A stretch of 64,000 nucleotides of DNA from Eledone cirrhosa (lineage: Eukaryota), in the NCBI GenBank assembly GCA_964016885.1, contig OZ024742.1:263624001-263688000 (forward strand), read 5' to 3'. The notes under the pieces are model-generated. The model worked only from the letters and a program-made list of their open reading frames with translations, did no database searches and was not told the DNA's origin. The translations under genes and the position numbers were made by a program. This document shows, in pieces, positions 52,910-64,000 of the stretch; the first letter of the stretch is position 1, and each line of letters starts with the position of its first letter.

Positions 52910-54963
52910 TTTCTTTATTTGCCACAAGGGCGCACAAGAAAAGGGGACAATACAAAGACACATGTCGGGGATTTTACATACAGTCGTGTAAAAATATTGA
53001 AACAAACAATTATAACAATCGAAATCCCCAATAGGGGGGAGGCGCCACAAATGGGTTGTTTAATACCCCGTCGATAGAACAACTCTCAACTTCAGGAGTG
53101 TGTTGTGCAAGTGCTTCTTTCTTCCTTTTGCTCTCTTCTTTAACCTACAGGCTTATAAACAGAGAAGGCCAATCACTCGGGCCATTTTCGCTTCATTCAC
53201 CCACCTTTCAGTAAATTTACTGGGGTGCAGTGCCTCTCTCTCTCTCCACTCTGATTCTCCTTCTAAAGTGATACTTAAAGAAGGGAATCAATTGTTGTCC
53301 GGAGAGAAAGGCATCTGTCCTCAGTCTTCTCAATCTCGTCCACCATATAACCTCTTTCACCATAGCCACTGTACAGAAGAAAACCGCCTCTCTTTCGTTT
53401 TTGAAAGAGGCTGGCGGTTTGATCCTTACTATGGACTCGGCAGTCAACTGGATTTGTCCCATACGCGACAGCAGTTGTTCTGCATAGTTCCACAGGTCGC
53501 TTACGCCCGGGAAGTGTACAATTGCGTGCAAGACGGTTTCAATGTCCTGCTTGCATCTTGGGCACGTCCTCTTGGAAGGATCCCCGCCGGGGCGTCCGTG
53601 CCTGTAGATCTTGTCTCAAACGGATAAAGATCCTCGGTAGCACTGCCATGCCAGGGACCTCTGGAAGTTGTCCATAGGTCCCGGGCGGAAAGTCTTACCG
53701 AACAAACTGGTGAGCTCGTCGTCTTCGGCGCCTAGAGTCTCCCCGAGCACGTCGTCGCACTTGTAAAGTACTAACCCTCTATAGAATGTCGAAGTGGAGT
53801 CTCCACTGAATGCTGTGCCCGCTTGACAGAAGACTGTGAGCGCCTGGGCCCATTCAATGAGCCAGGCGCCCATCTTCTTCGGTCTTCGCTTGACCTAGGA
53901 CTGCAGCCCCGTCAGCGAGACAAGTTGTGGGAAGGCCTGTCTCACAAACGGTGCCCACACCGGTTGGTCGGTGAGGAATACCTGGAGATGCCTTAGCCTC
54001 AGCGCATGTTTGCGCATCATTAGCCACGGCATGCCCAGCCTTCCGTTGGAAGGGTGTTGACAGCAGATGGATCTTCTCACCAGTGGAGCCTGCTTCTTCC
54101 ACAGGAACTGGAAGAGCATGCGTTCTATCTTGGTGAGGTATTCACGGGGACAAGGCACGACAGTCAAGCGGTAGTAGATGACGGACGCTATGAAAGTGTT
54201 CGCCACCTCCGCTCGACCTTTCAAGGACAGTTTTCACTCTGCCCACTTCTGGGTGAGCGCAAATACCTTGGCCATGACCTCGTTTCACTTTTTCTCCACT
54301 TGGAGGTCTGGACCGAACCAGACCCCGAGCAATTTCACTGGTCCTTCCGTCCAGCGTCCGACGACGCTGTCGGACGGCATCGGTTTGCCTCTCCACGTTC
54401 CGAGTTGCAAACCGACAGACTTGTCCGGGTTCAGTTTTGCTCCTGTGAACCTTTCGTATTCCTATAGTATGTTGCCGATTACCTCGATTTCCGAGGTTTT
54501 CGACACCATTACCGTCACGTCGTCGGCATAAGCCCACGCCGCTTTTCGCAGTCCCGGTTCTAAAGGGATGCCCTGCAAAAGCTCCAACTTCCGAAGTAGT
54601 GGCTCTAGAGTCAATACGTACAGAATGGAGGGGAGAGGGTATCCCTGTCGAATGGAACGCGTGATTGCGAACGGCTCCGATAGGTAGCCGTTCACCTTGA
54701 CTTTTGAGCAGATGCTGGTGTGCATCGCCTTGATCCAGCCTCTAAAAACGGGACCGAAACCGGCCGCCTTGGGAACCGCTTCCAAGTATCGATGGTCGAC
54801 CCTATCGAATGCCTTAGACTGATCTAAATTGATCAGAGCACCATCGAAGCCAGGTTGACACCCCACCCTCGCGGGATTGCACACGTTTGCGCTTTCCCTA
54901 GCAGGGTTTCGACGACAAGCGCCAGTCTCGTTGCTAGCACCTTGGCCCATATCTTTAACTCTG
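52910..54963 (-). mobile_element. Older, divergent 5'-truncated Tx1 LINE (different subfamily)
   Basis: Frameshifted ORF2 pieces (LINLDQSKAFDRVDH, YADD, KGRAEVAN, MDNFQRSLAWQCYRG); 3' end AATAAAGAAA followed by (TATC)n. Confidence 0.92.
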
Positions 54964-56914
54964 TGAGAATATTAGATATAGACATACATAGAAACAGTGC
55001 ACACATCATGTATGCTGGTAGTTAATGTTTAGTCTCACGTCAGTCTTAGTCTAACAGGCCTATTGTCAAAAACATCCCAGATGTAACAGTGGATTTAGGA
55101 CTACATTATCAAATGTGTCCGTTTTATGAGGAAGATTTGCTAACAGGTAGAACAACCGTATAGATTCTCTGTCGTTGGTTCGTTAAGCTTTTTGTTTAAC
55201 ACCAGGTTTACAGATCGATTATCAAAGACGTTCAAGCCATGACTATCTCGACGTTTTGCTTCTAGGACTAAATTATCGAGTGGGATTTGTAAATGTTAGC
55301 TGGTATTTCTAACAAGTCGAGTGACATTGTAAAGGGCCCCCAACTCAGAAGTCTTATGGTCTAGCATTTATGTTTTTCTGATTCTACAAACCTCAATTAT
55401 TTTACATGTACCATTCTATCTCTTAAACAGAAATGAAGTGCAACAGTCACGAATTAACGAATTAAATCCATTTCAAATTTTACAGTGCTGTCGTCATTCC
55501 GCACACCTGGGAATTTTCAACACGTTAGCGTGTGTCATCTCTTTGTTCGTTCTAGCACTACAATATTCCATACCCTTTGTCGCATATTTACAGGTAAGTG
55601 TACTGAGATGGACATTCAGAGGCATGGATATCGACTAAACTATGTACACTAACAAAGTGTCGATGTTTGACACGAGCTACTGATTTCATAGGCGCAGGCA
55701 CACCATGAACTCCATACTAAACCCATTTATCAACCCCTCCTTCCCCATTAATTCAATGTTTTAGAAACCTTACACTGCCGTTGTTTTCCCTACAAATATA
55801 AAATATACAGAAATTCGTGTTGGTTATCAACTGTATCAATTTCACTAGTCTGGAATGATGTGGCTTTTGGGTCTTCTTTCTTGGAGTATGTAAGAAAAAT
55901 ATACATTCAATGTAACTTCGCAACCATTTAGTCCCAGGATCGATCACACAGTGCATCCTCTACTATAGCATCGAGTTGGCTAATACCATGTGCGGTATAG
56001 ACTGTACGCTCTCACTTTCTGCTCCTTTCTCTCTCTCCCTTTACCCGTAACTCTCGGTGGAGCCGTAATGGCGTGAAGTGACATACAGCGTTCCTTGGTA
56101 AATTGTTTAATCCTGGCGGAGCCCATCTCCTTTTCAAGTTAAAACAGCTGATATCTTCCAGAGAAGGAGAGAGAGAAAGAGTGATTGAGAGGAATTGAGA
56201 AAGGGATATAGAGGAAGAATCGACTTCTGTATTGGAGCGGTATTTTATTTTCCGTCTCAAAGGATGAAAGGCAAAGTTGACTTTGGCGGGATTTGAACGC
56301 AGAGAGCCAGCTCGAATACCGTAAAACATTCTATCCGATGTCCTAACAACTGTAATATAGACTGTACTAGTGAGGTAAAAGATTAGATTAAAACCCTGTT
56401 TATAATTGTTTCCTGACTCCATACAAAAATCAGACAATCTTTTTCCCAAGCAAAGTTAATCTTGTCAAGAATCTCTTGTTATTTCCAGAAATTATGTTCC
56501 CTATTCCATCAGAGTTGCTAACAATTGTTAGATTTTTTTTTACCGTTTCAACACGTTAACGTGTGTTATCTCTTTGTTCATTCTAGCACTACAGTATTGG
56601 TTTCAGACTTGCAATCGATTTACCACACTGTTCAAAGTCCACCACATCAACTCGATTTCCTTACTGTGTCTCATGCCATGAACACCATATCAAACACATT
56701 TATCAACTCCTCCGTCCCATCCACTTCAATTCTTTACAATTCCTACCCTGGCCATGTTTTATGTACAAAGTATCAACCTACAGAAGAGCGTATTGGATAT
56801 GAACCTTATCAATTTCACTAGCCAGGAATGATGTGGGTTTTGTTCCCACATACCTGGAGTATGTAAGAAAACAAATGTATACTCGATGTAGTCAATGCAA
56901 TATTATGCTATTTC

Positions 56915-58205
56915 GAGGGAGATCGGTTGTAAGAATCGGTATTGCTTCTTTATGTTTTGAATTCAAATCCCCCCCCCCCCCCCAAAAAAAAAACAACTCC
57001 GCTTTTCATCCGTTAGAATAGAATACTCGTATTAGGGTAGATTTAATTATGACATAGTACTTATTTTTATAAATCATTATACTTCACTAGGGTGACGGAT
57101 TGGCAGTATCGGTAGAGGGTCAGACACCATGCTTTGCAGTATAGAGTTATGGCCCTTTACGTTCTGAGTTCAAATCGCGCCGAGGTTAACTTTGCCTTTC
57201 ATCATTACGGGGTCGATAAAATAAAGCACCAGTAACACACTGGGGTCGATTTAATCGACTTTCCCCTTGCCCCAAATTGCTGGTCTTCTGCCTAAATCAG
57301 AAATCATTATTATATTTGTTCCGATTCTTTTTGCTACAAATTCAAATCTCGCCAAGTTCAACTTTGTCTTTCATCCTTTCGTGGTCGATTTAATCGACTT
57401 TTCCCTCTTATCCTCTTGCCTAAATTAGAAAATATTATTATACTTTTTTAAAGCTACAATATTTTTTTACCGTTTCATATAATAATATTTTTATATTTTC
57501 ATATTTTAATTTGTCGTATCGACAAAAACGGTCTACGTTCAAATCACGTCGGGATCAATTATAAATTTCACCCTTCATTCAATAGGCAATAATATAAGTA
57601 CCAGTAATATATCTGGATGCCGATTAAAGACGCTCTACCCCCTCCGTTATAAATTTGTGGTCGTCTGTCAATTTAAGAAATGAAGAATTATTAAGTGCGG
57701 TGAACTGGCAGAGTTGTTAGAATGTCGGATAGAATGCCTTGCGGTATTAGTTCCGGCTTTCTACACTCTGAGTTAAAATCTCACCATGTCAATTACTGGG
57801 GTCGATATAATCGACTTATTTTCTTTTTGGTCTTGCGCCAAAATCAGAAATCATTGGATTGGCAGTATCGGTAGAGAGTCGGACGCCATGCTTTCCAGCA
57901 TAGTTACGTCCCTTTACGATATGAGTTCAAATCCCGCCGAGGTTAACTTTGCCTTTCATCCTTACGGGGTCAATAAAATAAAGTACCAGTAATGCACTGG
58001 GTAATTTGATGGCCTTGTGCCAAAAGTAGAAACAATTATTAATATTTACATAGAGAGGTGCATTGGAAGAATCATTAAAGTGTCAAATTTACCCTTCGCT
58101 CTTCCGTGGTCGATTAAATAAAGTACGAGTAAAGTACTGGTTCGATATAATCGAAGTTCCCTTTCTCCAAATTTCTGGACTTGTGCATAAATTAGAAATC
58201 ATTTA
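56915..58205 (+). mobile_element. Dense same-orientation cluster of about 7 OK-like SINE copies and fragments
   Basis: Best copies at 57090-57310 and 57855-58040. Confidence 0.85.
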
Positions 58206-58944
58206 TTTATTACTGTTTGTTATATATATTTTCTAATATATTTACCAGTTTAATATTTGCATATATTTCCATGTTATATATTCGACCCGTTTCATTCGTA
58301 GTAATTTTTAATTCTATTCAATAGGTGGGAATATTCTCATATAGTTTATGTTGTTGTTTAACCCTAGGTAAATTCTGATCGAACAGACCAATGCCTACTC
58401 TATCAAAAGTATTGAAGTTATAACAATCCTGTTTTTTTTTCATCAGATACAGAATATATCTTAGGCAACATAATGTACTTTTCCACTGTTAAGATGGTAG
58501 GTATTAAACTGGAGAAAATTTTGCTGCTATTTCTAACGGGCCATACATTTACTTGTATCTGTTGTTTACTCACAGAGAAGCGCTGTTCGAGCAGATTTGC
58601 CATTAACAATGTTCCAGACGTAATCATCATGTTTTTTTCAGCTACCAGGTGTACTTACCTTTCATTTCTACTTACCGAATTCCAACTCTAAAATCTTCAC
58701 CGATCCCTCTTCCCCAGAAGTACAAAACACAGTAGTTAGCTACGTTATTTCGACAAAATTTTAAATTGCATCAATTACATCACTCCCATGACTCTACAAT
58801 GTCTGTAAAGGTCACGGCCACTGCCTCATTCCCCTTTAAACTAAATAATAAGCATAGTTAATACATTTTATTGATGTGAATAGCTTATTAGATTAAATTC
58901 AATATTTGACTCGTATATAGTTATCGACCCCAGATGGAATCACT

Positions 58945-59430
58945 TCCCTGACTACAAATCATAGTCATGGAATGGCTCTTCCAGCGCATCTCCCTTACCA
59001 TCCTCCGGGGAAACGCCTTCTCCATTCTGTCTGTCGACGCCGTGGGGCGGCCAGCACGTGGGACCCCATTTTCTCATAATACAGAGAGATGGGGAGGGCG
59101 AGAGAGATGGAGGCGATGACAGTGGGAGTTCGGCTCTGCCGTGTTCGGACCTGGTGTGCAGCGTCAGTTGTCCGTAGGGAGGTAGTGGTTTGTACTGAGC
59201 GAAGGTTTGTAGAACTTTGTGTTTGCGAATCTTGTATGTATTATTACATGTTTGGGTTGATTCCAAAAATAGAATTTCTTTTACAACCCTACTTTTGCCA
59301 ATCCCATTTGCTTCTCTCACCCATAGTTATCTATGTTGCCTGCATATTTGTTTGGGATACATGCGACCTTTGCTATTATGTAATTTCACGTACATCGTTT
59401 ATTTCGATATAATAAACAATTAAAAATTTT
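58945..59430 (+). mobile_element. CRE-clade non-LTR retrotransposon 3' end
   Basis: WLFQRISLTILRGNAFSIL matches the CRE C-terminal motif (FQR.S.A..RGNA..). Followed by a UTR ending AATAAA. Confidence 0.65.
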
Positions 59431-59829
59431 GTTTAAATAATGTACCTTGTGACAGAAAAAATTTATATTAATGTCATGATTACCAATCAGAGTTTTAATT
59501 ATCAGTCTCCTTTACGATTACCAGTTATCACTCAGACTACCACTCACCACATTGACTAAAATTCATCACTCTGACAACCATTCATCCCACTGCTCTGATT
59601 ATCACATAGTGGTGTGACTACCACTCAGCGCCATGTAGATCAATCGCCGTCTTGATGACCATTCAACACCATAACTACCACTCACTATGCTAACGTCCAC
59701 CCAATAGTTTTGAGAAAACCCGATTAATAATTGTTTCTACTTTTGGCACAAGGCCAGCAATTATCCCAGTGCATTACTGGTACTTTATTTTATCGACCCC
59801 GTAAGGATGAAAGGAGATTAATAATATTA

Positions 59830-60740
59830 GTAAAATAATCTCCAGCCTATCATCAAACGAAAGAAATTCTCATAAACCGAGCGGATATTATAATGTTTTA
59901 GAAGCTAGTGGACTGAAATATAAGACCACTTACATCTGCAACACTCCGCCATTTAATATTAAAAAGCTACGTCGTAATATCATCTGATTCACACCTTTCT
60001 TATTTTAAATGTTAAGTCTAGCATGTCTAAACATTTCTCAGCCCTCATAGCAATCCCAATGAACCAACGATACAGAAAGTTATTAAATAGAAACAGTCTA
60101 AAACTGAGTTAGTTGTACCACTAGCATGATACATCTTAAATCAAATAAACTAACTAAATTAATTGAGACTAATTGCACAAACAAAAATATAAATGCATGC
60201 CAGCTTAATCGGTCAAGTAATGCTGAAGGGATCACATATGAAGTTGAAGTTCCATCCAAATATAATTGTTTCTACTTATGACACAAGGCCAACAATTATC
60301 CCAGTACATAACTGGTACTTTATTTTATCGATCCCATAAGGATGAAAGGCAAAGTTAACCTCGGCGGAACTTGAACTCAGATCACAAAGGGCCGTAACTC
60401 TATGTTGCAAAGCATGGCATCCGACCTTCTACCGATACGGCCAATTCAACGAAATATAATAAAATACGTAAACAACACTATATAGGCATAAGTGTAAGAT
60501 AAATTTAAACAATCTTATATAAACCACATTTCTTCACGGCGATATACAGCAAAGAGGATTACAAGAACATTCTCGAATTACATTTGGTATTTGAAAGAAC
60601 ATAATACAGATTTTGATATAAATTGGAAAATCCTTGAGTCATGCAACGTTTATGTACAACTGAAAAAAGTTTCATGCCAAATAAAAAGCATTAAATATTC
60701 TGCAAATTATTTAAATTCATGGGACATCTTTACCAAATAA
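59830..60740 (+). mobile_element. Degenerate Penelope-like element (thumb plus GIY-YIG), interrupted by a SINE at about 60263-60450
   Basis: RRNII*FTP, RYRKLLNRNSLKLS, GITYEVEV, HYIGIS..KFKQSYINH..FSNYIWYLKE..INWKILE. Confidence 0.75.
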
Positions 60741-61066
60741 TATTTACATTTAAGTATATTTATATTTTTCACATTAATTTCTAATTACGCAAGGTAATTA
60801 ACCTACTTCTACTAGTGCTTATATGCAGAGAGTTGCATTCCATAGTGAATATTTTGCTTAGCATGCAAAACAAGAAATCTGATCCAATATGCATAGAACT
60901 CGTTAGAGATAACGGTAAATTTTTCGTTCGATGAATATTTAGTTCTTAAGTAACGCCATAACCATGTGCGCCAGAGGTTTGTGTGCACTGAACATTGGGT
61001 ATCTTCTACCTTGACTAGAAACAATTTGAGTGGAATTTCGTAGAGAGAAACTGTTCAGAAGCCCGT

Positions 61067-61116
<50 letters not shown>

Positions 61117-61120
<4 letters not shown>

Positions 61121-62524
61121 AATTAAAAAATAGAGCAAGAAGCCAGGACAATCCACCATCAGTGATCTTCTGGCCATCATAGGTATTTCTTCGCATTAAA
61201 GATCAGATACTTCAGGCCAGCGCGAGCAATAACTAAAATAAGTTATTGCGATAAAAAGAATTGGGTGGAGAAAGAGAGACATGTAAACAAACAAGAATGG
61301 TGAGGCAACGTAAAGAGTGGAAAATGAGAAAACAAGTCAGTGATACATGTGAACATAAGATCTAGCGAATCATTGACGAGAAGACGAAAGACGCATCCAA
61401 GCCATGCGAAATGTGAGCGAGGAAAGAATTTCACACGGGTCAGACGGGAGAAAGTGAGAGAGGGTGAGTAGCAGAGAGTGAGTGAGTGAAAGTGTGAGGA
61501 AGAGGCTAGCCGAGAGAGGGTGACTAGCAGAGGGGTGAATGAAAGTAAGAGGTACAAGGAGAGAGAAGAGGGAGAGAGAAAGAGGATAGCAGTAAGGGAA
61601 GAGAAAAAGACAGGTCACAGCGAAGGGGAAAAAATATAAGAATGAAAAATGGCATGCTGCGTTGTTGCGAATGTGATACATATGAATAAAAAAAATAGAG
61701 CAAGAAGCCAGGACTATCCATCATCAGTGACCATCATAGGTATTTTTTCGTATTAAAGATCAGATACCTCAGTCCAGCGCGACCAATAACTAAAATAAGT
61801 TATTGGGATAAAAAGAATTGGGCGGAGAAAGAGAGAGACATGTAAACAACCAAAAATGATGAGGCAACGTGAAGAGTGGAAAATGAGAGTGGAAAATTGC
61901 TCTATTTTTTAATTCATATGTATCACATTCGCAACAACGCAGCACGCCATTTTTCATTCCTATATCTTTTCCCTTCGCTGTGACCTGTCTTTTTCTCTTC
62001 CCTTACTGCTATCCTCTTTCTCTCTCCCCCTTCTCTCTCCTTGTACCTCTTACTTTCATTCACCCCTCTGCTAGTCATCCTCGCTCGGCTAGCCTCATCC
62101 TCACACTCACTCACTCACTCACTCTCTGCTACTCACCATCTCTCACTTCCTCCCGTCTGACCCGTGTGAAATTCTTTTCTCGCTCACATTTCGCATGGCT
62201 TGGATGCGTCTTTCGTCTTCTCGTCAATGATTCGCTAATCTTATGTTCACATGTATCACCGACTTGTTTTCTCATTTTCCACTCTTTACGTTGCCTCACC
62301 ATTGTTGTTTGTTTACATGTCTCTCTCTTTCTCCACCCAATTCTTTTTATCCCAATAACTTATTTTAGTTATTGCTCGCGCTGGCCTGAGGTATCTGATC
62401 TTTAATGCGAAGAAATACCTATGGTGGCCAGAAGATCACTAATGATGGATAGTCCTGGCTTCTTGCTCTATTTTTTAATTCATATGTGTCACATTCGCAA
62501 CTACGTAGCATGCCCTTTTTCATT

Positions 62525-62528
<4 letters not shown>
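61117..62528. mobile_element. (TA)n-flanked element with a ~565-bp unit in tandem plus inverted arrangement (Penelope-like pLTR architecture)
   Basis: 61117-61680 is partly repeated at 61681-61890; inverted copy at 61897-62465 with partial repeat to 62528. Confidence 0.75.
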
Positions 62529-62568
<40 letters not shown>

Positions 62569-63334
62569 TTCACGCTTCTTCTTTGATTAACTCATTATCT
62601 ACTTAACAGTGCGATAACCCCCCCATCTCTCTCTCTCTCTCTTTCAAATACATACATATACTCTCTCCTCTTTGACGAAAGTCTATTTACATTTTCCTCC
62701 TTCCGGCGTCACCATTTGCACAACAAGACTGTATTGTTTCCCTTCCCGTTTTTAGTCGTAAGACATTACATTGTTATTTGTTTATCTGCTTGCTTTGCTG
62801 TCTAGTCGAAAGACACTACCCTGATGTCTCATGCCTCTATGTTGTGTTTTCTCATATGCATCTTTTCGGCGGCTTGCTCTACGCCATCATACAGCCTGGG
62901 CTTAATATTATGCAATACCACCTTTATTCACGAAATTGCTTTGCCCAGGGGATGGCTGATGAAAAAGACAGATGCTGTTGTTCATTCTTGTCATGTATTT
63001 CGTTTCTGTTTTCGTTTGCAGCATTTGCTATACCCCACCCCACACACACTATATCCATATGTTATATTCATATATTTTATTAACCGTTATATTCATATGT
63101 ATTGTGAGAGTTATCTCCATATTATCTAAAGCTGTCGTTTTAGTGAAGATGGATACGGCATATGCTTTGTGCCTGATATCTTTTGACAAGAACAATTATC
63201 TTAGTAATCGGCAAGATACCAAATGTAATCTTGAACAAGAAGCAATTAAAATGTATGTTGATGCTACAGTTCGAAATTTTATTGTTGATAGTGACAAAAG
63301 ATCTGAAGAGGCTCGCAATATTTTGGCCAAGACA

Positions 63335-64000
63335 AAATTGGCAGACTGTGGGATAAAATAGTATTGCGGTATTCGTTCTGATTCTCTTCCTTTTGGATAT
63401 AAATCTCGTTGAGGTTAATTTTACCTTTCATTCTTCCTTCTGGGGTCGATAAACTAAAGTACTTGACAAGTACTAGGGTTAATTTAATCAACTAAGCTTT
63501 TCACTCAAATTTTCTGGACTGTGTCTAATTAGGAAGCATTATTTTCTTCGTCACAAAGGGTGGTGGATTGGCAGTATTGGTAGGGGGTCGGACGCCATGC
63601 TTTGACGCATAGGGTTACGGCCCTTGCCATTCTGCGTTCAAATCTCGCCGAGGTTAACTTTGCCTTTCATCCTTACGGGGTCGATAAAATAAAGTACCAG
63701 TAATGCACTGGGATAATTGCTGACCTTGGGCCAAAAAGTAGAAACAATTATTTTCTTCGTCACCATGTATGTCCAGAACGATGTCTATAGTTTGGGTACG
63801 AGACAAGTTGACATCCAATCTCATTTTTTGTCTCTGTGTGGGACTGTGGATCGGTAGAGCATCGGACATCATACTTTGCAGCATATAGTTATAACCCTTT
63901 ACGTTCTAAGTTCAAATCCCGCTGATTTTAGCTTTGTCTTTCATCCTTACGGAGTCGATAACATAAAGTACCAGTAGCATACTGCGGTCGATGTAATCGA
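63335..64000 (+). mobile_element. Three OK-like SINE copies
   Basis: About 63335-63540, 63558-63750 and 63845-64000. Confidence 0.85.

Noticed and set aside
57090-57190. tRNA gene
   Set aside because: A and B boxes are present, but there is no acceptor stem or cloverleaf and the sequence runs into the SINE core.
62972-63361. 129-aa ORF
   Set aside because: No recognisable motif, a low-complexity start, and it runs into a SINE.

Overview
Eukaryotic, AT-rich, microsatellite-saturated DNA made almost entirely of transposable-element debris. The tRNA-SINE families and repeat landscape look like an octopod cephalopod genome, which is inferred and not verified. No complete host gene is visible; there are only two candidate minus-strand micro-exons. 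The main coding feature is a near full-length L1/Tx1-clade LINE (3207-8840, minus; ORF1 with a CCHC knuckle; ORF2 with APE endonuclease, RT and zinc finger). It sits head-to-tail with an independent 5'-truncated copy in the same (AAT)n tract, and related Tx1 subfamilies end in other microsatellites. The most striking non-coding signal is a dispersed set of minimal type-I hammerhead-ribozyme motifs (CTGATGA..GAAA..TH). They lie in short (TA)n-flanked Penelope-like elements with tandem and fold-back (inverted) architecture, including a 261-bp retrozyme-like tandem unit at 44077-44600. Also present: several Helitrons, mariner, Chapaev-like and piggyBac-like remnants, CR1-, RTE-, CRE- and R4/Dong-type LINE fragments, many SINEs and two minisatellites. 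Most ORFs in the supplied track are microsatellite or antisense artefacts.
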